From contig CALQZH010000003.1 in NCBI GenBank assembly GCA_943349395.1, forward strand, positions 3,688 through 59,808: 56,121 nucleotides of DNA, written 5' to 3'. The notes beneath the pieces are model-generated. The model did no database searches, had not been told where the DNA came from, and worked only from the letters and a program-made list of their open reading frames with translations. The translations under genes were made by a program, and so were the position numbers. This DNA is from Parcubacteria group bacterium. GTDB lineage: Bacteria > Patescibacteriota > Minisyncoccia > UBA6257 > UBA11618. Shown piece after piece: positions 42,968 to 52,251 of this stretch. The stretch's first letter is position 1, and every line of letters starts with the position of its first letter.

Positions 42968-43456
42968 TTATTGAAATATTCTGACGCGCGCGGGGCGGAT
43001 GGTCTTTCCGCGGAGAGCATATCCCTTTCCGACCTCTTCCGCAACGGTGTCGGAACGGCTTTCTTCTCCTTTTGGCGGTTTTAGGGCGGCTACAGCCTCA
43101 TGGCGCGAGGGGTCGAAGAGATCGCCGGCATTCGCCGTGATCGTTTCAAGGCCGTATTTCCCCATGAGCGATTCGAATTGGCCTTGGATCATCATAATGC
43201 CTTTATGTGAGGGATCGGTCTCGGGGGTCGACGCCAAAGCGAGCGCGATGCTATCCATCACCGCCACGAGATCTTTCAGGATCGCTTCCTGCGCGAACTT
43301 GGCGAATTCCGCGAAGCGCTTGTGCTCGTCAGCGCGGTAGTTCGCGAGGTCTGCCTGGGCGCGCTTCCACCCGCCGAGGTAGTCATCGCATGTCTTTTTG
43401 AGCTCGTCCGTTCCCGATGTTTCTTCAGCTGATGCCTGTTGTTCGATATCGTCCAT
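42968..43456 (-). CDS. grpE: Nucleotide exchange factor GrpE
   Basis: RAQADLANYR coiled coil and C-terminal beta domain (GYALRGKTIRPARV). Confidence 0.9.
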   Translation of the reverse strand: MDDIEQQASAEETSGTDELKKTCDDYLGGWKRAQADLANYRADEHKRFAEFAKFAQEAILKDLVAVMDSIALALASTPETDPSHKGIMMIQGQFESLMGKYGLETITANAGDLFDPSRHEAVAALKPPKGEESRSDTVAEEVGKGYALRGKTIRPARVRIFQ

Positions 43457-43514
43457 AATCAGTCAGATGATATCAAGCGGTTTCGTTGTTTTCAAGACTA
43501 AGCTGAGAAGATGC

Positions 43515-44360
43515 TTATTGGTACTTACAGCACCATGTGGGCATCACGTCGCAATTCGGTATATCTACCGATGTTGCGCTCGTGCCGTCAGCGTCGAGTC
43601 TGTCGTATTCTGCTGTCCATGCCGCATTCGTGCTTTTTGATAGTATGAATCCCTCATCATAATCGCATCTGATGTACTTCCTCTTTCCTGATCCGCACGC
43701 GCCCCATCCTTGTCCCTCAATAACCAGTGGGGTTGCTGGGTCATCGCCCCCGTTTACATCCCGATTTGATTTCGTGCAGACCCACCATCCTCGGGGGCAT
43801 GCTGCAGCTGATGATGCCCAGGGAGTTCCCACCTCACTTCTCGCTACCTTTATATCTCCCGTATCGCATGTACCGTTCGAGTTCTCATCCCTATAACATT
43901 CGCTGGTGCCGTTGCAATTCGTCGTTGCTGAGGCAGGACTACTCGTGACTACATCCATACCATTCCTTCCTTCGCTCCATACGCGAACTTTCAAAACGGT
44001 CGTCGTTGATGTTTGGTCTGTTCCGATTTGCGAGTCGACATAGGTCTTATTTGCCGCGCCGGTGCCGGTCGAGGGTGCGTTTAGATTAAGAATAAGATTA
44101 CTTCCCATGTCGAGATTCTTGGAGAAGCTCGACGGTCCGGTGACGAAGAGTCCTTGGCGCACGGTCGTCGTGCCGTTCACGTCCAAGGTCGTCAACGGGG
44201 CTATATTTATACCGATGTATTTCGGCGTGGTGCTCGCTTGGAGTATGCCGTAGGTCGCGCCGACCGTTCCCGAGGGCGGGTTCGCGAGCGTCCAGGCGGA
44301 AAAGAGGAATGACGCGACGACGGCCGAGACGATGGTCGTCATGAATATCTTCGGGGACAT
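43515..44360 (-). CDS. Secreted/anchored protein with tail-fibre-like N-terminal motif and Cys-rich C-terminal domain
   Basis: 281-aa ORF with an N-terminal anchor. It has the LNLNAPSTGTGAANKTYVDSQI motif and 12 Cys in the C-terminal half. The segment is somewhat less GC-rich than its neighbours. Confidence 0.7.
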   Translation of the reverse strand: MSPKIFMTTIVSAVVASFLFSAWTLANPPSGTVGATYGILQASTTPKYIGINIAPLTTLDVNGTTTVRQGLFVTGPSSFSKNLDMGSNLILNLNAPSTGTGAANKTYVDSQIGTDQTSTTTVLKVRVWSEGRNGMDVVTSSPASATTNCNGTSECYRDENSNGTCDTGDIKVARSEVGTPWASSAAACPRGWWVCTKSNRDVNGGDDPATPLVIEGQGWGACGSGKRKYIRCDYDEGFILSKSTNAAWTAEYDRLDADGTSATSVDIPNCDVMPTWCCKYQ

Positions 44361-44436
44361 GCTTTCATTGTACCTCTCCCCTGCAGCCGTGCAAATCCTT
44401 GCCCAACGTCTTTATCCGCAGTAGCATAAGCACCAT

Positions 44437-45834
44437 ATGGCTCTCCGTATCTTAGACACCCTTTCCGGCGAACAGAAGCCTTTGCGGAAATCGAAAAAAG
44501 CGGTGAAGATGTTCGTGTGCGGCCCGACCGTCTACGGCCCCGCGCATATCGGCCATGCGCGCGTCGAGGCAGTATTCGACTCGTTCGCGCGGCATATGCG
44601 CGATTCCGGCTATGTCTTGTCGTACGTGCAGAACATAACCGACGTTGACGATAAGATCATCGATGCCGCACGCGAAGCGGGCATCACTCCCCAGGCGCTC
44701 GCGCGCCGCTATGAGAAGGAGTACCTCGCGGACATGAAAGCGCTCCGCATTGTGTCTGTCGACCGGCGCGCGCGGGCGAGCGATTTCATTCTAGATATCC
44801 AAGGGCAGATCGCGCGTCTCATGAAAAAGGGCTTTGCCTATCGTACATCGTCGGGTGTGTATTTCGAGGTGCGGAAATTCAAGCCGTACGGGGCCCTGTC
44901 GAAGCAGGATCTCGATGCCGTGCGTCCCGGATGGCGCATCGAGCCGGATGCCGAAAAGAAAGACCATCTCGATTTCGCGCTCTGGAAGAATTCCGTCGCT
45001 TTGGACGAGGTCGGCTGGCCGTCGCCGTGGGGTCGGGGCAGGCCCGGATGGCATATTGAGGATACGGCGATTACCGAGAAGCTCCTCGGCCAGCAGTACG
45101 ATATCCATGGCGGCGGGAACGACTAGAAGTTTCCCCACCACGAGTCCGAAATCGCCCAGCAGGAAGCGGCATCCGGCAAAACGCCGTTCGTCATGGCGTG
45201 GATGCACGTCGGTTTTCTCTCGATCGGCGGCGCTAAGATGTCGAAGAGCCTGCACAACTCCATAGAGATATCGGAATTCCTCGAGAAGCATTCTGTGAAT
45301 GCGATACGCCTCATGTTCATGAGTGCACATTACCGTTCGCCTATCAACTACACCGAGCGGCTCATGGAGCAGGCCGCATCCGCGATAGCCTCGATTGCTG
45401 GCGCGCTTGCGCGGCTCGACCTCGTTGCCCTCCGCGGAACCGCGATCGAGCTTGTTCCGCGCAAGGTCGTTCTATGGCTTGTGCCTCACGAGAAAGCGTT
45501 CAGGGAGGCTATGGACGACGATTTCAATACGCCTGCGGCGCTCGCTTCCCTCTTTTCCTTCATGAGCTCGTGCGAGGCGCGCATGTGGCAGATGAGCCGG
45601 GGCGAGGCCCATGCGGCGCGGCATTTCCTTGTGAAGCGTCTCGCGCTTTTCGGCATCATCGTGAAGAATCCGCCTATTCCCGTCCTCGTGCGCGGCATCG
45701 CGAAGCGCCGGGAGACGCTCCGCACGAAAAAGGACTTCGTCGGCGCCGACCGCGCGCGGCGCGAGATCGAGGTCGCCGGTTATTCCCTCGAAGACACCCC
45801 GCTCGGGCCGCTTATCTTCCCTAACGTCGCTTAA
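44437..45834 (+). pseudogene. cysS: Cysteinyl-tRNA synthetase interrupted by one in-frame TAG (45124-45126)
   Basis: ORFs 44437-45126 and 45193-45834 are in the same frame. Read-through gives DIHGGGND*KFPHHESEIAQ, which is the conserved GGxDLxFPHHE motif with the stop at the Leu position. HIGH (AHIGH) and KMSKS are present. Confidence 0.8.
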
Positions 45835-45845
45835 CCTTTTACTCC

Positions 45846-47201
45846 GTGCCAACGACGCTCAAAGTAACTCCCCAGAACATAGAGGCAGAGGAATCCGTCC
45901 TCGGCGCCATCATGATCGATCGCGACGCGATCGTTAAGGTGACGGACATCCTGACCGCCCGCGATTTCTACGTGCCCGCCCACGGCCTTATTTACGAAGC
46001 CATGGTCAAGCTCTTCGAGAAGCATGAGCCGATCGACATCGTGACGATGGCGAACCGCTTGAAAGAGGATGGCACGCTCGAGCGCGCCGGCGGCGCGACG
46101 TACCTCTCGACGCTCGTCGAGCGTGTGCCTTCGTCCTCGCATATCGTCCATTATGCGGAGCTCGTGAAGGAGAAGAACGTCCTCCGGAGCATCATCACGG
46201 CCGCGGCCGAGATGACCGAGGCGGCATTCAACCCCCAGGAGGAGGCGGACGACATATTGGATGCGGCCGAGCAGAGGATATTCTCCATATCCCAGGGGTC
46301 CGTGCGCCAGAAATTCGTCGCGGTGAAGGACGAGCTCCAGAACGCCTACGAGCGCATCGAGCGGCTCCACCGCGGCGAGGGAACATTGCGGGGCGTAGGT
46401 ACGGGCTTCCCCGACCTCGACAATTGCCTGTCGGGCCTCCAGAAGTCCGACCTCGTGATCATCGGCGCGCGGCCGTCGCTCGGAAAGACCACGTTCGCGC
46501 TCGACATCGCCCGGCACGCGGCGATACGCGAGGGCTTCCCCGTCGGCATATTCTCCCTCGAAATGTCTCGCGAGCAGGTCATCGACCGCCTGATCGCCGC
46601 GGAAAGCCAGGTTCCCTTGTGGAAGCTGCGCACGGGGCGCCTGCAGGACGATATGGACTTCCAGATGGTCCAGGCGGGCCTCGACGTGCTCTCGAAGGCG
46701 CCTATATATATCGATGACGCCGCGAGCCCCACCATACTCCAAATGAAGTCCATGGCGCGCAGGCTCCAGATGGAGCATGGCCTTGGCCTCATCGTCGTCG
46801 ACTATCTCCAGCTCATCCAGCCGCGCATCGGCGGCGACAATACCGTCGCGCAGATCACGGAGATCTCGCGCGGATTGAAGGCGCTTGCGCGCGAGTTGAA
46901 CGTCCCGGTCGTCGCCTTGTCCCAGCTCTCGCGCGAAGTCGACAAGCGCGAAGTGAAGGTGCCGCGCCTGTCCGACCTCCGCGATTCGGGCTCGATCGAG
47001 CAGGACGCGGACGTCGTCATGTTTATCTATCGCAAGGATCGCGACAAGCTGAATCCCGACCCCGAGGAGATGAATAGCGCGGAGATCATCGTCGCGAAGC
47101 ACCGCAACGGCCCCTTGACCGTCGCCAAGGTCAAGTTCGACTCCGAGAAGGTCAGCTTCAGGAGCATCGACGAGGTGCATACCAACAACAGCCCCTTCTA
47201 G
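45846..47201 (+). CDS. dnaB: Replicative DNA helicase DnaB
   Basis: PQNIEAEESVLGAIM N-terminal domain, Walker A GARPSLGKTT. 451 aa, GTG start. Confidence 0.95.
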   Translation: MPTTLKVTPQNIEAEESVLGAIMIDRDAIVKVTDILTARDFYVPAHGLIYEAMVKLFEKHEPIDIVTMANRLKEDGTLERAGGATYLSTLVERVPSSSHIVHYAELVKEKNVLRSIITAAAEMTEAAFNPQEEADDILDAAEQRIFSISQGSVRQKFVAVKDELQNAYERIERLHRGEGTLRGVGTGFPDLDNCLSGLQKSDLVIIGARPSLGKTTFALDIARHAAIREGFPVGIFSLEMSREQVIDRLIAAESQVPLWKLRTGRLQDDMDFQMVQAGLDVLSKAPIYIDDAASPTILQMKSMARRLQMEHGLGLIVVDYLQLIQPRIGGDNTVAQITEISRGLKALARELNVPVVALSQLSREVDKREVKVPRLSDLRDSGSIEQDADVVMFIYRKDRDKLNPDPEEMNSAEIIVAKHRNGPLTVAKVKFDSEKVSFRSIDEVHTNNSPF

Positions 47202-47773
47202 TGCTTCCCCGCCCCATCCAGAGGTTCATAGACGCGTTTTCCGCCTTGCCGGCGATCGGGCCGCGGCAGGCTATGCGTCTCGCGTTCCACCTGATCGGCC
47301 TCGGCGAGAATTCGATTGCCGAGATCGCCGCGGCTGCCGCCGGGCTTTCCGCGCTCCGCATATGTCCCGACTGCTTCTTCTTTTCCGACGGGGCATGTTC
47401 GCTCTGCACGGATGCGCGGCGCGCGCGGAAGATCCTTGCGGTCGTCGAGCGGCCTACGGACGTTCTCGCCATCGAGAAGACCAAGAAGTTCGACGGGACG
47501 TACCTCGTGCTCGGCGAGATGCGGAAGACCGGCGGTTTCGCTCCCGACCAGAAGCTGAAGCTCGCCCGGGCGCGGGAGCGCGGCCCGTTCGATGAGGTGA
47601 TCCTGGCGTTCGACCAGACGACGTATGCCGATTTCGGCGCGTCGGCCGTCATGAAGGAATTGGAAGGCGTTACGAAGAAAGTGACCCGGCTTGGGCGGGG
47701 CATTCCCACGGGCGGGGAGATAGAATTTGCAGACGAGGATACGCTCGGCGGCGCATTGCGGAACAGGAGCTAG
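47201..47773 (+). CDS. recR: Recombination protein RecR
   Basis: HhH (LPAIGPRQAMRLAFHL), C4 zinc finger (CPDC...CSLC) and Toprim domain. GTG start overlapping the dnaB stop. Confidence 0.9.
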   Translation: MLPRPIQRFIDAFSALPAIGPRQAMRLAFHLIGLGENSIAEIAAAAAGLSALRICPDCFFFSDGACSLCTDARRARKILAVVERPTDVLAIEKTKKFDGTYLVLGEMRKTGGFAPDQKLKLARARERGPFDEVILAFDQTTYADFGASAVMKELEGVTKKVTRLGRGIPTGGEIEFADEDTLGGALRNRS

Positions 47774-47789
47774 TGCGGCGGAAGGCCGC

Positions 47790-47972
47790 ATCGCCCCTCT
47801 CGAATGCGCACGGCTCATATGGCCACTCTCGCCATTCGTCCGGGATTTCTCGAAAAAGAGAACTCAACCGCAGCGTGGCTGCGGGATTCATACATCTCTT
47901 TTTCTTCGGTCCCGTTCCTCATGGCTCGGCGGACCATCTCATTCGCCGTAGCTATATTCTCGCGCGGGCGAT
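47790..47972. ncRNA. Unclassified structured RNA-like element, copy B
   Basis: Homologous to 29776-29982 with compensatory changes in helices P1, P3, P4 and P5 (see findings). Confidence 0.6.
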
Positions 47973-48043
47973 TACAACCTTCTTTTCCAGCCAGCTTCCT
48001 ATTTCTCTTGCACCGCCTCGCTCAGGGTTTCTCAATGAAAACG

Positions 48044-48067
48044 AAAAAGGGGCTGGTGCCCCTTTTC
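48044..48067. terminator. Bidirectional intrinsic terminator (recR side / rplU)
   Basis: AAAAGGGG-CTGGTG-CCCCTTTT. Confidence 0.75.
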
Positions 48068-48379
48068 CTATTTGATCGCGGTTATTTCGACTTCGGTGAA
48101 TTCCTGGCGGTGTCCCTTCTTCTTCTTGTAGCGGGTTTTCGAGTGGTAGCGGAAGACGATGATCTTCTTTGCCCTGCCTTGCTTCACGAGCTTCGCTTCC
48201 ACCGAGGCGCCCGGGACGAGCGGCTCGCCGATCATGAACGTTTCGCCGTCCGCCTTCATGAGCACGTCGGAGAACACGACAGAACCGTCCTCTTTGGGGG
48301 CTATCTTCTCGATCTTGAGCGTTTGGCCGGGTTCCACGCGATATTGCTTGCCGCCGGTGCGGATGATTGCGAATGCCAT
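48068..48379 (-). CDS. rplU: 50S ribosomal protein L21
   Basis: MAFAIIRTGGKQYRVEPGQ...HSKTRYKKKKGHRQ. Confidence 0.9.
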   Translation of the reverse strand: MAFAIIRTGGKQYRVEPGQTLKIEKIAPKEDGSVVFSDVLMKADGETFMIGEPLVPGASVEAKLVKQGRAKKIIVFRYHSKTRYKKKKGHRQEFTEVEITAIK

Positions 48380-48387
48380 AGGAAGAT

Positions 48388-48729
48388 TTAATTAACTGCA
48401 ATGATACCAAGTATCGCGATCAAAATCAAGAGGACGATGAGAACCGTGAGCATGCCGATGGCGTTCGCGAGCGCCCGATTCCTGCTCGCGAGAATCGCCG
48501 CAAGCATGCCGTTCGCGACGAGAATCATCCCTCCCGAAACGAGCATGCCGAGCGCGTCGCCCGCAGTACCCAAGACATCCGCTCCCCGGCCGGCCATGAA
48601 GTGTAGGATGATGAGATTCTCCGTTTCCGCGAGGCGCACGTAGTACGCCGAGAACCCGATCACGAGGATGAGGAATGAGGCCGCGAACCACCCCAAGGGG
48701 CCGTTCTTCCTGATGAATTCGACCATCAT
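48388..48729 (-). CDS. Small polytopic membrane protein
   Basis: 113-aa ORF with 3-4 hydrophobic helices. 4-nt overlap with ddl. Confidence 0.6.
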   Translation of the reverse strand: MMVEFIRKNGPLGWFAASFLILVIGFSAYYVRLAETENLIILHFMAGRGADVLGTAGDALGMLVSGGMILVANGMLAAILASRNRALANAIGMLTVLIVLLILIAILGIIAVN

Positions 48730-49883
48730 TTCTTGCCGAGCTTCGCCGACCAGTCGGCATGCGCGAGGATGTTCGAGGCGAAGGACGATATCGTGCCGCC
48801 TTTTTCCGCATGGCGCTCTTCCGCGAACGCGATGAGCTTTAGGAGCAGGTCGCCGAGCGGCACGCCGCTCTTTTCCCAGAGGTGATGGTAGAGCGTTCCG
48901 GGCAGGGGGTTGATCTCGTTCACGTAGATCTTTCGCGTTTTCATGTCACAGAGGAAGTCGACGCGGGCGAGGCCCGAGCATTCGAATTTCGCGAATACCT
49001 GCGTCGCGAGGTTTTGCACGGCCGAGGTCATCGTTTCGTCGAGCCGCGCGGGAATCTCGAAGTTGGCCGTCGCGCGGCCGAGCTGGGCGCCCCCTCCCGT
49101 CAAGTACTTGTCCTCGTAGGAAAAGAACCCGTCGGAGAAGATGCACTCCTGGAGCAGGGACGGGACCGGATTCTTCGTGCCGATCACGGCGCAGGTGACG
49201 TCCATGACGTTCTCCACCCCTTCTTCCACGATTACCTTCTCGTCATATCTGAATGCAACGTCGATCGCGAACGAGAGATCCTTCTCGTTCGCGACTTTCG
49301 CGATGCCTATCGAGGAGCCGAGCCGAGCCGGTTTCACGAAGAGCGGCCATGAGAGGCCGGTCTCGATCTTCTTCATGAAATCCGCCTTCTTCCGTTCCCA
49401 GTCGCGCTTGCCGAAATAGATGAATTTCGCGGTCGGAAATCCCGCCTGTTCGTAAAAGAGCTTGGTCAGCACCTTGTCCATCGCTATCGCCGATGATGCC
49501 ACGCCGCAGCCGACGTAGGGGATCCCCATGATTTCGAAGAGGCCTTGCATCGTGCCGTCTTCCCCGTTCTGGCCGTGGAATGCCGGGAACGCGAGGCCGA
49601 TCTCGACCGTTTTTCCGCCGAATCCCTTTTTCTTGAATACCATCTTGCCCCTCGACTTCTCGAGGTCGAGATACCATCGCCCGAGGCGATCCATATCCCC
49701 CGTTTTTTTGAAGAACGCTATCGAGTCGAGCTCGTCGCCCAGGCGCCAGTTCCCCTCTTTATCCAGATATACGGCGCATGCGTCGCGGCCGATCTTTTTC
49801 AAGCCGTTCAGTATGAGGTTTCCCGTTATTATCGAGATGTCGTGCTCGGGGTTCTTTCCCCCGAAGAATACGCCGATTTTCAT
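48726..49883 (-). CDS. ddl: D-alanine--D-alanine ligase
   Basis: HGQNGEDGTMQGLFE, ATP-grasp motifs, EINPLPG. 385 aa. Confidence 0.9.
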   Translation of the reverse strand: MKIGVFFGGKNPEHDISIITGNLILNGLKKIGRDACAVYLDKEGNWRLGDELDSIAFFKKTGDMDRLGRWYLDLEKSRGKMVFKKKGFGGKTVEIGLAFPAFHGQNGEDGTMQGLFEIMGIPYVGCGVASSAIAMDKVLTKLFYEQAGFPTAKFIYFGKRDWERKKADFMKKIETGLSWPLFVKPARLGSSIGIAKVANEKDLSFAIDVAFRYDEKVIVEEGVENVMDVTCAVIGTKNPVPSLLQECIFSDGFFSYEDKYLTGGGAQLGRATANFEIPARLDETMTSAVQNLATQVFAKFECSGLARVDFLCDMKTRKIYVNEINPLPGTLYHHLWEKSGVPLGDLLLKLIAFAEERHAEKGGTISSFASNILAHADWSAKLGKK

Positions 49884-49886
49884 TCG

Positions 49887-51317
49887 TTAAAAGTAGTTAT
49901 CCGGCCAATCGTTTTGGAATAAGATTACATCCCCCTCCTTCAAAATGCCAGGGAGCGCCGCATGCGCTTCCTGTGCCGTGCCGAATTCCCTGATGTTGCC
50001 TTTCTCGAATCCCGCCGCCAGGAGCCCTTCGCGCATGTGCCGCGTGGCGCTGTTCCTGATGAGGATCACGAGATCCGCGGCTTTCGCGAGCTGGGCCCCG
50101 AGCGCCTGATGGATAATCTTCACCATATCTCCCGTTTCCACGAGGCCTGGCGTGCAATAGATCTTCCGCCTGTCCGCGAACCGCGCGAGCACGCGCATCG
50201 CCTCGCGCGCGCCGTGGGTATTCCCGTTGTAGCTGTCGTCGATCACGAGCACGTTGCCTGAGGCCATGAAGGGCTCCAGGCGGTGCGGCACGGGCCGGAG
50301 CCTTGCGAGTCCGCGCATAATGTCGTCGTGCGACAGTCCGAGTCGTTCGGCGACCGCGATCGCGGCCGCTACCATGCCGGGGGCATAGCTTCCGAGGAGC
50401 GGCACGCGCGCTTCGTAGGCACCGTCTCCTTCTCCCCGTATCGCGAATGACGCTTCCAGGCCGTCCGCGCTCCAATGGGTTCCTTCGCGCGGCTTGCAAT
50501 CCGCCTTTTCGCTGCTCGGCGAGGAGCTATAGAGAACGGCTTTTTTCTTATGGATATGGCTTCCGTACGCGCGTATCACGGCATCGTCGTCCGCATTCAT
50601 GACCGCGAGCGCGCCTTCCTTCGCGCAGTCGATGATCTCGAATTTCGCCGCTATCGTGTTTTCGATGCTCCCGAAGCGCTCGAGATGCGCTTCGTTGATC
50701 CCCGTCAAGATCGCGATATCGGGCGCCCGGAACGCGCATAGGTCGCGGATGTCCCCTTTCCGGTACGCGCCCATTTCCACGATCAGGATATCCGTATGTT
50801 CCGTGAGCCTGTCCACGATCAGCTTTGCCACTCCGAGCGGGGTATTCACGCTGTCGGGGGTCGCGAGCACGTCGTATTTTTCGGCTAGCAGGGCCGCGAC
50901 CGTTTCTTTCATGCTCGTTTTCCCGTAACTGCCCGTGATGCCCACGACTTTCAGGCCGGGGTAGAGGGCGAGCTTCGCTTTCGCGCGCATGATGCGCCGG
51001 CGCTTTGCCAGAGCGTCGATCGGGGAAAGCATGATTACGGCGAGGCTCATCGGGAGCGGGAATGCCGCTATGCTTAGAATAAGGGTGCCGAAAGCCCAGG
51101 CTGATCCGCCGTTTCCGAATGCATAGAGGCATGCGACCAGGACAACGATCCATGCGAGAGCGGCGACTGCCCGCATCTTCACCGTCCATACGAGTTCTTG
51201 CCGCAGGCTTTTCGGCGGCAGGTAACGGGACCCTAGCGCGCGCCAAAACCGTTCCAGGCGGTAGTTTTCGAGCTGGAGCAGGGAGAAGTGGTAGCGGATC
51301 ATCCGTACGGGATACAT
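49887..51317 (-). CDS. murF: UDP-MurNAc-tripeptide--D-Ala-D-Ala ligase MurF with N-terminal membrane extension
   Basis: ITGSYGKTSMKE P-loop, Mur ligase central and C-terminal domains. About 100-aa hydrophobic N-terminal extension. Confidence 0.85.
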   Translation of the reverse strand: MYPVRMIRYHFSLLQLENYRLERFWRALGSRYLPPKSLRQELVWTVKMRAVAALAWIVVLVACLYAFGNGGSAWAFGTLILSIAAFPLPMSLAVIMLSPIDALAKRRRIMRAKAKLALYPGLKVVGITGSYGKTSMKETVAALLAEKYDVLATPDSVNTPLGVAKLIVDRLTEHTDILIVEMGAYRKGDIRDLCAFRAPDIAILTGINEAHLERFGSIENTIAAKFEIIDCAKEGALAVMNADDDAVIRAYGSHIHKKKAVLYSSSPSSEKADCKPREGTHWSADGLEASFAIRGEGDGAYEARVPLLGSYAPGMVAAAIAVAERLGLSHDDIMRGLARLRPVPHRLEPFMASGNVLVIDDSYNGNTHGAREAMRVLARFADRRKIYCTPGLVETGDMVKIIHQALGAQLAKAADLVILIRNSATRHMREGLLAAGFEKGNIREFGTAQEAHAALPGILKEGDVILFQNDWPDNYF

Positions 51318-51356
51318 GGCCTTATTTGTACCGTATTACGGCTTTTTAGGCGAGGA

Positions 51357-51385
51357 TTGCCTTATTATTCTCCGCGTCGTATGGT
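51357..51385 (+). promoter_or_regulatory. Promoter of HTH/receiver-like paralog 1
   Basis: TTGCCT-17 nt-TATGGT. The leader ends in the conserved TTGACAT just before the ATG. Confidence 0.5.
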
Positions 51386-51454
51386 ATCTATAGCGTTCGT
51401 TCCTGTTTTCCATTTTCATCAGCCAGCTCATGGAGCAGAAGGATTTTTGACATC

Positions 51455-52084
51455 ATGTCCACACCACGGAATCAAGATGAAAGGGAGTATGAAGCGTTCA
51501 TGGTCAAGATGCGCACCTTGCAGATTTTCAGCACGGGACAAGTTGCGCGAATCTGCCTCGTCGCTCCGCGAACCGTTTCGAAGAACTGGTTCGACAGCGG
51601 CCGGCTTCGCGGCTATCGGATTCCCGGGAGCAGGGACAGGCGGATTCCGCTCGAGCATCTGATAGCTTTCCTCAGGGAATACAAGATGCAGGACATTCTC
51701 GATCGATTGGTGACTATCGGTTCAGAATGTACGGGCGTTTATATCGGCGCTGGTGGGGAGGCGTGCGCGGCCGCGCTCGGGGCCGATTTCAAGCTCCATA
51801 TCGCGAGCAATCAGATCGAGCTCGGCTTCATGATCGGCAGGTATGCGCCCGGGTCGGTTCTCATCGACTTCGCGCGACCCGGTAAGGATAACCCCGCCGC
51901 GCTTTGTGCCGGCTTGCGCGCATTGCCTGGTATGGAGGCGGTCGCTTTCATCGGCATCCGCGATGCCGACATGTCCGATGCCGCCGCATCGTTCGATCCG
52001 TCTCTCGTCGACGCGTCCGTTTCCGACGTGCTCAATTTCCTCTTGAGCGAGATCGTTTCCCAGGTCGCGAAAAAGGCATTGTGA
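51455..52084 (+). CDS. Excisionase/MerR-type HTH plus receiver-like domain protein, paralog 1
   Basis: 209 aa. The HTH (FSTGQVARICLVAPRTVSKNWFDSGRLRGYRI...RRIPLEHLIAFL) is followed by a ~110-aa alternating beta/alpha segment with a VLIDF acidic site. Confidence 0.75.
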   Translation: MSTPRNQDEREYEAFMVKMRTLQIFSTGQVARICLVAPRTVSKNWFDSGRLRGYRIPGSRDRRIPLEHLIAFLREYKMQDILDRLVTIGSECTGVYIGAGGEACAAALGADFKLHIASNQIELGFMIGRYAPGSVLIDFARPGKDNPAALCAGLRALPGMEAVAFIGIRDADMSDAAASFDPSLVDASVSDVLNFLLSEIVSQVAKKAL

Positions 52085-52118
52085 GCGGGACGGATCATCA
52101 TGGATCAAAAGACATAGA

Positions 52119-52157
52119 GCGTCGTACCGGGCTTCCCGCCCGTACGCCGCTTTTTTT
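52119..52157 (+). terminator. Intrinsic terminator of paralog 1
   Basis: GCGTCGTAC-N14-GTACGCCGC followed by TTTTTTT. Confidence 0.7.
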
Positions 52158-52167
52158 ACGCCGTATC

Positions 52168-52196
52168 TTGCATAATTACTAGTATCGTGGCATACT
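52168..52196 (+). promoter_or_regulatory. Promoter of paralog 2
   Basis: TTGCAT-17 nt-CATACT, preceded by TG (extended -10). Confidence 0.5.
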
Positions 52197-52251
52197 ATCC
52201 GCGGTTTCTCCTGGCATTCCCCTCCCTCTCGAATCACAGGAAATTGACATT

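Noticed and set aside
43457-43514. CIRCE (HrcA) operator upstream of grpE.
   Set aside because: No TTAGCACTC-N9-GAGTGCTAA-like inverted repeat is present.
45124-45126. Genome-wide reassignment of TAG to a sense codon.
   Set aside because: TAG terminates rpmA, recR, dnaB, rplU, ndk and rnhA at positions matching their normal C-termini. No CUA-anticodon tRNA was found in the window.
45831-47180. 449-aa minus-strand ORF.
   Set aside because: It is antisense to dnaB, which has unmistakable helicase motifs. Its composition is R/D/L/E/H-rich with no motifs.
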